64,000 nucleotides of DNA. It comes from Eimeria praecox (Eukaryota). A model generated the notes under the pieces. That model was not told the DNA's origin and did no database searches. It worked only from the letters and a program-made list of their open reading frames with translations. The position numbers and the translations under genes are program-made. Below, piece by piece: positions 15,301-30,199 of this stretch; the stretch's first letter is position 1; every line of letters starts with the position of its first letter. Where the stretch lies: NCBI GenBank assembly GCA_963920595.1, contig OY986947.1, positions 558,001 through 622,000 of the forward strand, given 5' to 3'.

Positions 15301-18300
15301 GAGAACACTACTTCACTGCGCGCCCTGTGCACAACGGAATGGTGACAACAGCTCCCTCACAGGCGAGAGTGAACACACACACGCAAAAGAACGACATCAA
15401 CAACAGCAATTCCGAAACATCACAGCACCCCTATATAAGGCAAATGCAGCACAGGACATTTACCCTGCCTCTCTGAGCCTGCATACCCACAAGCAAGTAA
15501 AGAAGCAACCATGCCAGTCCATGCATGCGGCGAATGTAACGCAGCGCCTCCGGCATGCACCTCCTCAAGGCGCTGCGCAAACTAAGAAGCCACAGAGTCA
15601 GCCGGAATATGTTGCATGGTATAAAGCATAAAGCACAAGATGCAGCTGCATATAACAGCAGCAACCGATGCATTCTCATGGATCAAATTCCCCGGCAACT
15701 TGGCATTCGCCGCAGCTCACAGCTCGCTGATCGCAAGCGCTGAGCGGTTATTCGCGTCACCATCTCTACTACTAATTGTTGAGAACCCAGCTCCCCCACC
15801 AAGGCTGCTCATCAACAAACACAAGCACAGAAGCACAATAAGGAAGGAAGAAGGAGCTGTTGGGCTTGATTTCCATGACGTAGGCCGCAGTCGAGTTGCT
15901 CGTTAATGTACTGCACCATCACCATGCACCTTCACTTCTGCGCACATCCTGCATTGCGACAACTTGTCAACTACTAAGAGCGCTGTAGTAAGCATGTGCC
16001 TTTTGCAAAGCGCCGAGGCGTTTCAAAGGGCAGGCATCCTAAACTCACCACGCAAGATCGCCTATTTCTACAGTGACATCAACACCACTCTACTCTCGTT
16101 CCCCAGCGTCATATGGTGAGAGCCACTTACTGCGGAAGCACAACTGAAACGACGTCGCCAACTCTGTTTTCCGATTGCACTTCAACTAACTAGCACATGC
16201 TTCTGTTCAACTCCTCGGCTGAGACATCACACAGCAGCTGCGCTGCCTCAGAAATGAATAAATGGACTTTGCCCGGTTCCCGCCAGCAAATGCTAAGTTA
16301 GTGGAGAAATTAGCAGTTCACTTATAATGCCTCCTCGCTAAGACGAGCAAGCCTTCGGCACCCAGGAATACGCCTTTGCAACCCCTAACAAAAGAAGAGC
16401 AGTGCTCCTGTGACAAAGCAGGCTAAAGCCACTCCCCTAATCACGCGACCCTTGTGCTGGCACATTTCACTGCCACAGGCCCCAATGGCTGCGGGCCCTT
16501 TCCCGCGTCGGCGGCGAAACCCATTAGCTGTCGTGCGCATCCAAATTCGACGTACCCGCTGCTAGTGAAATTCCTTCTCCCCCTGCAAAAGTTGCCCAAG
16601 AGGTTTGCTCTAAACTTCTCCTCGGATACCCCGCACATGAGCTTCCTCAAGCCTAAACAGACGTTACCTTCCGCCAAAAGATCAATGCTGCCTGCATGCA
16701 CACAGGTGAATAAGTCCGATATGAGCCAACACGCCGAAGCGGTAATTCTAGGGACAAACGCAGCATGATAAACCTCCGGCAGTGGAGTCAAATGGGAAAG
16801 GCCGGTGACGCGCCTGACGCTCACCACCACGCCTAATATTGCACTGTTCCAACTGTAACGCTCTGACGCACCTCCTGACACCAGCATACATCCGAGAACA
16901 GCATGCAGTACGCTTGGTGTCCCCAGTGCTTGTGTGGGCTGAATGCGTTTGAACGTGCCTTTCTGTGGGATACACCATGCTCTGGGGTGTTTAAACGCAG
17001 GACACAGCCGAATAAGACTAGCCAAGCTGAAGCGTTCCCTTGGGGCCTGCCACCGTGAAGCGCCGCTCTACCACAGGCGCGTGGATCTGCACATTAACAG
17101 GTTGCCCCTCTTCACGCACCGCAGTCCCAATTCAGTGCGCAAACACACGGAAAGCTCGAAATGCAGCGCCGGTTTGTCCAGAAAAAGCCATCGATGGAGA
17201 GAAAAGAGGATGCCGCAGCATATTCAACACAAATAATCATCTTCCTTGTTCTTGTTCTCCAGCTGCCGCTCCAACCTCCCGTCTGCCCGTGACATACGGT
17301 GTCCAACACGGACGCGCGTGCTCCAGTCCAAGCCGCTTGGCGCCGCCCATGACTACTGCATGCTATGCAGCAGCTGCGACTAAATGAGCGTCCTGTTAAT
17401 GGCTGTCTTTGGAATGTACTACATTGAGAGTGCAATCAGCTCTCCTGGACAGACGATGACGCCGTTCCATCCATGAAGTGAGCTTAGTTGCGCTGTCCAC
17501 CCACTTTCTGTAGCTCAGGAGATGCGACGATTTTTGCGTCCCTATAGCAATAAAGTGCTGTCACAAAAACACGTTCGAACATCCTAGCTACATGCACGCC
17601 TATGCCACGCAACATGCAAGACAGCCTCCTACAGCACCGGCACCAAAACTGACGCATCGCTCTTAGCTCTGCATCCAGTTGGCCTCCCTGGCCTTGCATC
17701 AACCACATGATGCTGTTCAGCGCATCGCTGCCATGAAAACGTGGGCACTGAGTCGACATGCTAGCTCCCGCAGACGGCACCAGTTCAGCAGAATTTGAGG
17801 CTTCACCACACCAAAGCACCAACGCGTACCTCAGCCACTTGAGATCGTCACTGTGCTGTTCAATGCTGTCCAATGCATAACCGAATTAATCATGCAACCT
17901 GGTGCATGCATGTGCAGCGCGCTGACATTGAAGCACCTGGATGCCTTTTCCAGGCATCCCAGCCACAAAATCGTACTAGCAAGAATCAGGTCACGGCACT
18001 GCCACGATTACCACGAAGCTTTTCTAACGGCATTGCTGTAGCGTCGTTCTGTCGGCATAAGGCACCAACCGAGCAAATCCCATCGCGACAAACGTCCACG
18101 TTCAGAAGCTAAACGGAATGCAGCGTTGAATGCTCATTTAAACAAAAACCTTCATCGCACCAAACAGGTGCGAAGCGATACAGGCAGTTGGGCACTGCAG
18201 AAAGGAACTGCAAGCGAACGAAAAGCCTCCCACAGTAGGCAGACTCAATCAACGCTTCCCTAAAGGCTGCCACAGAATGCCCCTTTGAAGCTGAAGGCCC

Positions 18301-21300
18301 TGTACTTCAGGCCTTGTTAATGTCAGGAACTTACAACCTGGGCCGAATCAACGCCAGGCAACGCTCAGATATAAGAGACACCGCTTGCTAAGACTACTCC
18401 ACTAGGCAACACAACAGCACACGATAGATGGAATACCCAGCCAGCATCAAATAACCAGCATATACGCAACGTGTTGACAAGCCCAGGTGCAGAAACCAAA
18501 ATGACCCTTCTCAGAGCCCCTGCCCACTACGCCAGACAAAGGGGAGCAGAGACGGATATGTGGCATATAACTAGCTAATCAAACACACATCGTAGTTGCT
18601 GGTCAAAGGCACATCAAAACGCTGCTTGTGAGGCTGCGCAAAGCAAGACTCTACTGCAACTGCCAGGTGCCTGACCCTTATCTGCTGCCTAGTGAAAAAT
18701 CACCAATTCTGATAGAAGCTGCGCCTTCCTACAGCGGCAGCTCCCCTGTGGATCCTAGTGTCCGCCTTCGTCTTCCTTATTAACCACAACGCACGAGCTG
18801 TTCTTCGAGGCCGCCTACAAACACACTTAGGTGTAGGATGGCCTACGACTTGGGTCCGTGCCACAACGAACAATCCGTGCAAGGTGTGCTGACGCCTTGA
18901 CAGTGGCGTGTCTGGGGATACCTCGAAAATCACAGAAGAAACACAAATCGTATGAATCGCACACCCGGAAAAACGTGGAATATTCGAAGCAGCTGCCGCA
19001 GGCCCTCAACAGTGCCCAAACACGCCTGCAATTACAAGCATGTTTCCAAGGGAGGGCCCAAAACCTCGCGCGAATTCGCGAAGCCCAAATCCCACGAAAA
19101 CGGCACACAGCCCCCTCCGCTCAAGCTGGCTCAATTTCGACACACTAACGGATATACAACCTGCTAGCGCTCCCACAGTAGACTAGGCATCCATTTTACT
19201 GCCAAAACCCCGACAACGAAAGTTTGGCTGAACAGTACTGACACTGCCATTGGCTCGTGCCCGCATACGATAACTTTTTGTCCTACACAGGACTTCACGG
19301 GCTCTCCCATACAAATGTCAGGAAATACGCGCCCCTCACTGAGAATGAAGCTGGCGTGAGCGACCTACTGATGGTTAGGTTATTCACAATCCATGACACA
19401 GTCTGCGAGCATACGCCTAGTTCAGGCGATTCTCGCATTGCATCTACACGCACGGTCTGAAGCACAGAGCTCATACATCGGATGTGCCGCATGCTGGCCA
19501 GTTCCCCTTGACTATCCGTGAAATATGCACAGACCGCTGGCGAGAACACTACTTCACTGCGCGCCCTGTGCACAACGGAATGGTGACAACAGCTCCCTCA
19601 CAGGCGAGAGTGAACACACACACGCAAAAGAACGACATCAACAACAGCAATTCCGAAACATCACAGCACCCCTATACAAGGCAAATGCGGCACAGGACAT
19701 TTACCCTGCCTCTTTGAGCCTGCATACCCACAAGCAAGTAAAGAAGTAACCATGCCAGTCCATGCATGCGGCGAATGTAACGCAGCGCCTCCGGCATGCA
19801 CCTCCTCAAGGCGCTGCGCAAACTAAGAAGCCACAGAGTCAGCCGGAATATGTTGCATGGTATAAAGCACAAGATGCAGCGGCATATAACAGCAGCAACC
19901 GATGCATTCTCATGGATCAAATTCCCCGGCAACTTGGCATTCGCCGCAGCTCGCAGCTCGCTGATCGCAAGCGCTGAGCGGTTATTCGCGTCACCATCTC
20001 TACTACTAATTGTTGAGAACCCAGCTCCCCCACCAAGGCTGCTCATCAACAAACACAAGCACAGAAGCACAATAAGGAAGGAGGAAGGAGCTGTTGGGCT
20101 TGATTTCCATGACGTAGGCCGCAGTCGAGTTGCTCGTTAATGTACTGCACCATCACCATGCACCTTCACTTCTGCGCACATCCTGCATTGCGACAACTTG
20201 TCAACTACTAAGAGCGCTGTAGTAAGCATGCGCCCTTTGCAAAGCGCCGAGGCGTTTCAAAGGGCAGGCATCCTAAACTCACCACGCAAGATCGCCTATT
20301 TCTACAGTGACATCAACACCACTCTACTCTCGTTCCCCAGCGCCATATGGTGAGAGCCACTTACTGCGGAAGCACAACTGAAACGACGTCGCCAACTCTG
20401 TTTTCCGATTGCACTTCAACTAACTAGCACATGCTTCTGTTCAACTCCTCGGCTGAGACATCACACAGCAGCTGCGCTGCCTCAGAAATGAATATATGGG
20501 CTTTGCCCGGTTCCCGCCAGCAAATGCTAAGTTAGTGGAGAAATTAGCTGTTCACTTATAATGCCTCCTCGCTAAGACGAGCAAGCCTTCGGCACCCAGG
20601 AATACACCTTTGCAACCCCTAACAAAAGAAGAGCAGTGCTCCTGTGGCAAAGCAGGCTAAAGCCACTCCCCTAATCACGCGACCCTTGTGCTGGCACATT
20701 TCACTGCCACAGGCCCCAATGGCTGCGGGCCCTTTCCCGCGTCGGCGGCGAAACCCATTAGCTGTCGTGCGCATCCAAATTCGACGTACCCGCTGCTAGT
20801 GAAATTCCTTCTCCCCCTGCAAAAGTTGCCCAAGAGGTTTGCTCTAAACTTCTCCTCGGATACCCCGCACATGGGCTTCCTCAAGCCTAAACAGACGTTA
20901 CCTTCCGCCAAAAGATCAATGCTGCCTGCATGCACACAGGTGAATAAGTCCGATATGAGCCAACACGCCGAAGCGGTAATTCTAGGGACAAACGCAGCAT
21001 GATAAACCTCCGGCAGTGGAGTCAAATGGGAAAGGCCGGTGACGCGCCTGACGCTCACCACCACGCCTAATATTGCACTGTTCCAACTGTAACGCTCTGA
21101 CGCACCTCCTGACACCAGCATACATCCGAGAACAGCATGCAGTACGCTTGGTGTCCCCAGTGCTTGTGTGGGCTGAATGCGTTTGAACGTGCCTTTCTGT
21201 GGGATACACCATGCTCTGGGGTGTTTAAACGCAGGACACAGCCGAATAAGACTAGCCAAGCTGAAGCGTTCCCTTGGGGCCTGCCACCGTGAAGCGCCGC

Positions 21301-24300
21301 TCTACCACAGGCGCGTGGATCTGCACATTAACAGGTTTCCCCTCTTCACGCACCGCAGTCCCAATTCAGTGCGCAAACACACGGAAAGCTCGAAATGCAG
21401 CGCCGGTTTGTCCAGAAAAAACCATCGATGGAGAGAAAAGAGGATGCCGCAGCATATTCAACACAAATAATCATCTTCCTTGTTCTTGTTCTCCAGCTGC
21501 CGCTCCAACCTCCCGTCTGCCCGGGACATACGGTGTCCAACACGGACGCGCGTGCTCCAGTCCAAGCCGCTTGGCGCCGCCCATGACTACTGCATGCTAT
21601 GCAGCAGCTGCGACTAAATGAGCGTCCTGTTAATGGCTGTCTTTGGAATGTACTACATTGAGAGTGCAATCAGCTCTCCTGGACAGACGATGACGCCGTT
21701 CCATCCATGAAGTGAGCTTAGTTGCGCTGTCCACCCACTTTCTGTAGCTCAGGAGATGCGACGATTTTTGCGTCCCTATAGCAATAAAGTGCTGTCACAA
21801 AAACACGTTCGAACATCCTAGCTACATGCACGCCTATGCCACGCAACATGCAAGACAGCCTCCTACAGCACCGGCACCAAAACTGACGCATAGCTCTTAG
21901 CTCCGCATCCAGTTGGCCTCCCTGGCCTTGCATCAACCACATGATGCTGTTCAGCGCATCGCTGCCATGAAAACGTGGGCACTGAGTCGACATGCTAGCT
22001 CCCGCAGACGGCACCAGTTCAGCAGAATTTGAGGCTTCACCACACCAAAGCACCAACGCGTACCTCAGCCACTTGAGATCGTCACTGTGCTGTTCAATGC
22101 TGTCCAATGCATAACCGAATTAATCATGCAACCTGGTGCATGCATGTGCAGCGCGCTGACATTGAAGCACCTGGATGCCTTTTCCAGGCATCCCAGCCAC
22201 AAAATCGTACTAGCAAGAATCAGGTCACGGCACTGCCACGATTACCACGAAGCTTTTCTAACGGCATTGCTGTAGCGTCGTTCTGTCGGCATAAGGCACC
22301 AACCGAGCAAATCCCATCGCGACAAACGTCCACGTTCAGAAGCTAAACGGAATGCAGCGTTGAATGCTCATTTAAACAAAAACCTTCATCGCACCAAACA
22401 GGTGCGAAGCGATACAGGCAGTTGGGCACTGCAGAAAGGAACTGCAAGCGAACGAAAAGTCTCCCACAGTAGGCAGACTCAATCAACGCTTCTCCAAAGG
22501 CTGCCACAGACTGTCCCCTTCAAGCTGAAGGCCCTGTACTTCAGGCCTTCTTAACGTCAGGAACTTACAAACTGCGCTGAATCAACACCAGGCAACGCTC
22601 AGATATAAGAGACACCGTGCGCTACGTCTGCTGGACTAGGCACCACAACAGCACAGGACAGATGGAATACCCAGCCAGCATCGAATAACCAGCATATACG
22701 CAGCGTGTTGACAAGTCCAGGTGCAGAAACCAAAATGACCCTTCTCAGAGCCCCTGCCCACTACGCCAGACAAAGGGGAGCAGAGACGGATACGTGGCAT
22801 ATAACTAGCTAATCAAACACACATCGTAGTTGCTGGTCAAAGGCACATCAAAACGCTGTTTGTGAGGCTGCGCAAAGCAAGACTCTACTGCAACTGCCAG
22901 GCGCCTGACCCTTATCTGCTGCCTAGTGAAAAATCACCAATTCTGATAGAAGCTGCGCCTTCCTACAGCGGCAGCTCCCCTGTGGATCCTAGTGTCCGCC
23001 TTCGTCTTCCTCATTAACCACAACGCACGAGCTGTTCTTCGAGGCCGCCTACAAACACACTTAGGTGTAGGATGGCCTACGACTTGGGTCCGTGCCACAA
23101 CGAACAATCCGTGCAAGGTGTGCTGACGCCTTGACAGTGGCGTGTCTGGGGATACCTCGAAAATCACAGAAGAAACACAAATCGTATGAATCGCACACCC
23201 GGAAAAACGTGGAATATTCGAAGCAGCTGCCGCAGGCCCTCAACAGTGCCCAAACACGCCTGCAATTACAAGCATGTTTCCAAGGGAGGGCCCAAAACCT
23301 CGCGCGAATTCGCGAAGCCCAAATCCCACGAAAACGGCACACAGCCCCCTCCGCTCAAGCTGGCTCAATTTCGACACACTAACGGATATACAACCTGCTA
23401 GCGCTCCCACGGTAGACTAGGCATCCATTTTACTGCCAAAACCCCGACAACGAAAGTTTGGCTGAACAGTACTGACACTGCCATTGGCTCGTGCCCGCAT
23501 ACGATAACTTTTTGTCCTACACAGGACTTCACGGGCTCTCCCATACAAACGTCAGGAAATACGCGCCCCTCACTGAGAATGAAGCCGGCGTGAGCGACCT
23601 ACTGATGGTTAGGTTATTCACAATCCATGACACAGTCTGCGAGCATACGCCTAGTTCAGGCGATTCTCGCATTGCATCTACACGCACGGTCTGAAGCACA
23701 GAGCTCATACATCGGATGTGCCGCATGCTGGCCAGTTCCCCTTGACTATCCGTGAAATATGCACAGACCGCTGGCGAGAACACTACTTCACTGCGCGCCC
23801 TGTGCACAACGGAATGGTGACAACAGCTCCCTCACAGGCGAGAGTGAACACACACACGCAAAAGAACGACATCAACAACAGCAATTCCGAAACATCACAG
23901 CACCCCTATATAAGGCAAATGTGGCACAGGACATTTACCCTGCCTCTCTGAGCCTGCATACCCACAAGCAAGTAAAGAAGCAACCATGCCAGTCCATGCA
24001 TGCGGCGAATGTAACGCAGCGCCTCCGGCATGCACCTCCTCAAGGCGCTGCGCAAACTAAGAAGCCACAGAGTCAGCCGGAATATGTTGCATGGTATAAA
24101 GCACAAGATGCAGCGGCATATAACAGCAGCAACCGATGCATTCTCATGGATCAAATTCCCCGGCAACTTGGCATTCGCCGCAGCTCGCAGCTCGCTGATC
24201 GCAAGCGCTGAGCGGTTATTCGCGTCACCATCTCTACTACTAATTGTTGAGAACCCAGCTCCCCCACCAAGGCTGCTCATCAACAAACACAAGCACAGAA

Positions 24301-27300
24301 GCACAATAAGGAAGGAGGAAGGAGCTGTTGGGCTTGATTTCCATGACGTAGGCCGCAGTCGAGTTGCTCGTTAATGTACTGCACCATCACCATGCACCTT
24401 CACTTCTGCGCACATCCTGCATTGCGACAACTTGTCAACTACTAAGAGCGCTGTAGTAAGCATGTGCCTTTTGCAAAGCGCCGAGGCGTTTCAAAGGGCA
24501 GGCATCCTAAACTCACCACGCAAGATCGCCTATTTCTACAGTGACATCAACACCACTCTACTCTCGTTCCCCAGCGCCATATGGTGAGAGCCACTTACTG
24601 CGGAAGCACAACTGAAACGACGTCGCCAACTCTGTTTTCCGATTGCACTTCAACTAACTAGCACATGCTTCTGTTCAACTCCTCGGCTGAGACATCACAC
24701 AGCAGCTGCGCTGCCTCAGAAATGAATAAATGGACTTTGCCCGGTTCCCGCCAGCAAATGCTAAGTTAGTGGAGAAATTAGCAGTTCACTTATAATGCCT
24801 CCTCGCTAAGACGAGCAAGCCTTCGGCACCCAGGAATACGCCTTTGCAACCCCTAACAAAAGAAGAGCAGTGCTCCTGTGACAAAGCAGGCTAAAGCCAC
24901 TCCCCTAATCACGCGACCCTTGTGCTGGCACATTTCACTGCCACAGGCCCCAATGGCTGCGGGCCCTTTCCCGCGTCGGCGGCGAAACCCATTAGCTGTC
25001 GTGCGCATCCAAATTCGACGTACCCGCTGCTAGTGAAATTCCTTCTCCCCCTGCAAAAGTTGCCCAAGAGGTTTGCTCTAAACTTCTCCTCGGATACCCC
25101 GCACATGAGCTTCCTCAAGCCTAAACAGACGTTACCTTCCGCCAAAAGATCAATGCTGCCTGCATGCACACAGGTGAATAAGTCCGATATGAGCCAACAC
25201 GCCGAAGCGGTAATTCTAGGGACAAACGCAGCATGATAAACCTCCGGCAGTGGAGTCAAATGGGAAAGGCCGGTGACGCGCCTGACGCTCACCACCACGC
25301 CTAATATTGCACTGTTCCAACTGTGACGCTCTGACGCACCTCCTGACACCAGCATACATCCGAGAACAGCATGCAGTACGCTTGGTGTCCCCAGTGCTTG
25401 TGTGGGCTGAATGCGTTTGAACGTGCCTTTCTGTGGGATACACCACCCTCTGGGGTGTTTAAACGCAGGACACAGCCGAATAAGACTAGCCAAGCTGAAG
25501 CGTTCCCTTGGGGCCTGCCACCGTGAAGCGCCGCTCTACCACAGGCGCGTGGATCTGCACATTAACAGGTTTCCCCTCTTCACGCACCGCAGTCCCAATT
25601 CAGTGCGCAAACACACGGAAAGCTCGAAATGCAGCGCCGGTTTGTCCAGAAAAAACCATCGATGGAGAGAAAAGAGGATGCCGCAGCATATTCAACACAA
25701 ATAATCATCTTCCTTGTTCTTGTTCTCCAGCTGCCGCTCCAACCTCCCGTCTGCCCCGGACATACGGTGTCCAACACGGACGCGCGTGCTCCAGTCCAAG
25801 CCGCTTGGCGCCGCCCATGCCTACTGCATGCTATGCAGCAGCTGCGACTAAATGAGCGTCCTGCTAAAGGTTGCCTTTGGAATATACTGCATTGAGAGTG
25901 CAATCAGCTCTCCTGGACAGACGATGGCGCCGTTCCATCCATGCAGTGAGCTTAGTTGCGCTGTCCACCCACTTTCTGTAGCTCAGGAGATGCGACGATT
26001 TTTGCGTCCCTATAGCAATAAAGTGCTGTCACAAAAACACGTTCGAACATCCTAGCTACATGCACGCCTATGCCACGCAACATGCAAGACAGCCTCCTAC
26101 AGCACCGGCACCAAAACTGACGCATCGCTCTTAGCTCTGCATCCAGTTGGCCTCCCTGGCCTTGCATCAACCACATGATGCTGTTCAGCGCATCGCTGCC
26201 ATGAAAACGTGGGCACTGAGTCGACATGCTAGCTCCCGCAGACGGCACCAGTTCAGCAGAATTTGAGGCTTCGCCACACCAAAGCACCAACGCACACCTC
26301 AGCCACTTGAGATCGTCACTGTGCTGTTCAATGCTGTCCAATGCATAACTGAATTAATCATGCAACCTGGTGCATGCGTGTGCAGCGCGCTGACATTGAA
26401 GCACCTGGATGCCTTTTCCAGGCATCCCAGCCACAAAATCGTACTAGCAAGAATCAGGTCACGGCATTGCCACGATTACCACGAAGCTTTTCTAACGGCA
26501 TTGCTGTAGCGTCGTTCTGTCGGCATAAGGCACCAACCGAGCAAATCCCATCGCGACAAACGTCCACGTTCAGAAGCTAAACGGAATGCAGCGTTGAATG
26601 CTCATTTAAACAAAAACCTTCATCGCATCAAACAGGTGCGAAGCGATACAGGCAATTGGGCACTGCAGAAAGGAACTGCAAGCGAACGAAAAGCCTCCCA
26701 CAGTAGGCAGACTCAATCAACGCTTCCCTAAAGGCTGCCACAGAATGCCCCTTTGAAGTCAAATGCCGTGTACGGCAGGTTCTGTCAACAGCCGGAACAT
26801 ACACACTGCGCCGAATCACCACCAGGCAACGCTCAGATATAAGAGACACCGTTTGCTAAGACTACTCCACTAGGCAACACAACAGCACAGGATAGATGGA
26901 ATACCCAGCAAGCATCGAATAACCAGTATATACGCAACGTGTTGACAAGTCCAGGTGCAGAAACCAAAATGACCCTTCTCAGAGCCCCTGCCCACTACGC
27001 CAGACAAAGGGGAGCAGAGACGGATATGTGGCATATAACTAGCTAATCAAACACACATCGTAGTTGCTGGTCAAAGGCACATCAAAACGCTGCTTGTGAG
27101 GCTGCGCAAAGCAAGACTCTACTGCAACTGCCAGGTGCCTGACCCTTATCTGCTGCCTAGTGAAAAATCACCAATTCTGATAGAAGCTGCGCCTTCCTAC
27201 AGCGGCAGCTCCCCTGTGGATCCTAGTGTCCGCCTTCGTCTTCCTTATTAACCACAACGCACGAGCTGTTCTTCGAGGCCGCCTACAAACACACTTAGGT

Positions 27301-30199
27301 GTAGGATGGCCTACGACTTGGGTCCGTGCCACAACGAACAATCCGTGCAAGGTGTGCTGACGCCTTGACAGTGGCGTGTCTGGGGATGCCTCGAAAATCA
27401 CAGAAGAAACACAAATCGTATGAATCGCACGCCCGGCAAAACGTGGAATATTCGAAGCAGCTGCCGCAGGCCCCCAACAGTGCCCAAACACACCTGCAAT
27501 TACAAGCATGTTTCCAAGGGAGGGCCCAAAACCTCGCGCGAATTCGCAAAGCCCAAATCCCACGAAAACGGCACACAGCCCCCTCCGCTCAAGCTGGCTC
27601 AATTTCGACACACTAACGGATATACAACCTGCTAGCGCTCCCACGGTAGACTAGGCATCCATTTTACTGCCAAAACCCCGACAACGAAAGTTTGGCTGAA
27701 CAGTACTGACACTGCCATTGGCTCGTGCCCGCATACGATAACTTTTTGTCCTACACAGGACTTCACGGGCCCTCCCATACAAACGTCAGGAAATACGCGC
27801 CCCTCACTGAGAATGAAGCTGGCGTGAGCGACGTACTGATGGTTAGGTTATTCACAATCCATGACACAGTCTGCGAGCATACGCCTAGTTCAGGCGATTC
27901 TCGCATTGCATCTACACGCACGGTCTGAAGCACAGAGCTCATACATCGGATGTGCCGCATGCTGGCCAGTTCCCCTTGACTATCCGTGAAATATGTACAG
28001 ACCACTGGCGAGAACACTACTTCACTGCGCGCCCTGTGCACAACGGAATGGTGACAACAGCTCCCTCACAGGCGAGAGTGAACACACACACGCAAAAGAA
28101 CGACATCAACAACAGCAATTCCGAAACATCACAGCACCCCTATATAAGGCAAATGTGGCACAGGACATTTACCCTGCCTCTCTGAGCCTGCATACCCACA
28201 AGCAAGTAAAGAAGCAACCATGCCAGTCCATGCATGCGGCGAATGTAACGCAGCGCCTCCGGCATGCACCTCCTCAAGGCGCTGCGCAAACTAAGAAGCC
28301 ACAGAGTCAGCCGGAATATGTTGCATGGTATAAAGCACAAGATGCAGCGGCATATAACAGCAGCAACCGATGCATTCTCATGGATCAAATTCCCCGGCAA
28401 CTTGGCATTCGCCGCAGCTCGCAGCTCGCTGATCGCAAGCGCTGAGCGGTTATTCGCGTCACCATCTCTACTACTAATTGTTGAGAACCCAGCTCCCCCA
28501 CCAAGGCTGCTCATCAACAAACACAAGCACAGAAGCACAATAAGGAAGGAAGAAGGAGCTGTTGGGCTTGATTTCCATGACGTAGGCCGCAGTCGAGTTG
28601 CTCGTTAATGTACTGCACCATCACCATGCACCTTCACTTCTGCGCACATCCTGCGTTGCGACAACTTGTCAACTACTAAGAGCGCTGTAGTAAGCATGTG
28701 CCTTTTGCAAAGCGCCGAGGCGTTTCAAAGGGCAGGCATCCTAAACTCACCACGCAAGATCGCCTATTTCTACAGTGACATCAACACCACTCTACTCTCG
28801 TTCCCCAGCGCCATATGGTGAGAGCCACTTACTGCGGAAGCACAACTGAAACGACGTCGCCAACTCTGTTTTCCGATTGCACTTCAACTAACTAGCACAT
28901 GCTTCTGTTCAACTCCTCGGCTGAGACATCACACAGCAGCTGCGCTGCCTCAGAAATGAATATATGGGCTTTGCCCGGGTCCCGCCAGCAAATGCTAAGT
29001 TAGTGGAGAAATTAGCAGTTCACTTATAATGCCTCCTCGCTAAGACGAGCAAGCCTTCGGCACCCAGGAATACACCTTTGCAACCCCTAACAAAAGAAGA
29101 GCAGTGCTCCTGTGGCAAAGCAGGCTAAAGCCACTCCCCTAATCACGCGACCCTTGTGCTGGCACATTTCACTGCCACAGGCCCCAATGGCTGCGGGCCC
29201 TTTCCCGCGTCGGCGGCGAAACCCATTAGCTGTCGTGCGCACCCAAATTCGACGTACCCGCTGCTAGTGAAATTCCTTCTCCCCCTGCAAAAGTTGCCCA
29301 AGAGGTTTGCTCTAAACTTCTCCTCGGATACCCCGCACATGGGCTTCCTCAAGCCTAAACAGACGTTACCTTCCGCCAAAAGATCAATGCTGCCTGCATA
29401 CACACAGGTGAATAAGTCCGATATGAGCCAACACGCCGAAGCGGTAATTCTAGGGACAAACGCAGCATGATAAACCTCCGGCAGTGGAGTCAAATGGGAA
29501 AGGCCGGTGACGCGCCTGACGCTCACCACCACGCCTAATATTGCACTGTTCCAACTGTGACGCTCTGACGCACCTCCTGACACCAGCATACATCCGAGAA
29601 CAGCATGCAGTACGCTTGGTGTCCCCAGTGCTTGTGTGGGCTGAATGCGTTTGAACGTGCCTTTCTGTGGGATACACCATCCTCTGGGGTGTTTAAACGC
29701 AGGACACAGCCGAATAAGACTAGCCAAGCTGAAGCGTTCCCTTGGGGCCTGCCACCGTGAAGCGCCGCTCTACCACAGGCGTGTGGATCTGCACATTAAC
29801 AGGTTTCCCCTCTTCACGCACCGCAGTCCCAATTCAGTGCGCAAACACACGGAAAGCTCGAAATGCAGAGCCGGTTTGTCCAGAAAAAACCATCGATGGA
29901 GAGAAAAGAGGATGCCGCAGCATATTCAACACAAATAATCATCTTCCTTGTTCTTGTTCTCCAGCTGCCGCTCCAACCTCCCGTCTGTCCGTGACATACG
30001 GTGTCCAACACGGACGCGCGTGCTCCAGTCCAAGCCGCTTGGCGCCGCCCATGCCTACTGCATGCTATGCAGCAGCTGCGACTAAATGAGCGTCCTGCTA
30101 AAGGTTGCCTTTGGAATATACTGCATTGAGAGTGCAATCAGCTCTCCTGGACAGGCGATGGCGCCGTTCCATCCATGCAGTGAGCTTAGTTGCGCTGTC
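318..30199. repeat. Tandem macrosatellite array A, ~4234-4242 bp unit, ~6.9 copies (units start at 318, 4560, 9506, 13748, 17989, 22223, 26457; last is partial)
   Basis: The same ORF set recurs at 1029, 5271, (5975), 10217, 14459, 18700, 22934, 27168, giving periods 4242, (704), 4242, 4242, 4241, 4234, 4234. The anchor GGTCACGGCA[T/C]TGCCACGATTACC marks each unit start. Near-identity stops left of 318 and right of ~30199. Confidence 0.98.
5066..6473. repeat. Internal 704-bp tandem duplication inside unit 2 of array A
   Basis: At 5761-5780 the sequence reads TCCATTTTA|ACCAAAATGAC instead of TCCATTTTACTGCCAAAACC. Segment 5066-5769 is repeated at 5770-6473, and the ORFs at 5271/5975 and 5429/6133 are offset by 704. 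Confidence 0.97.
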
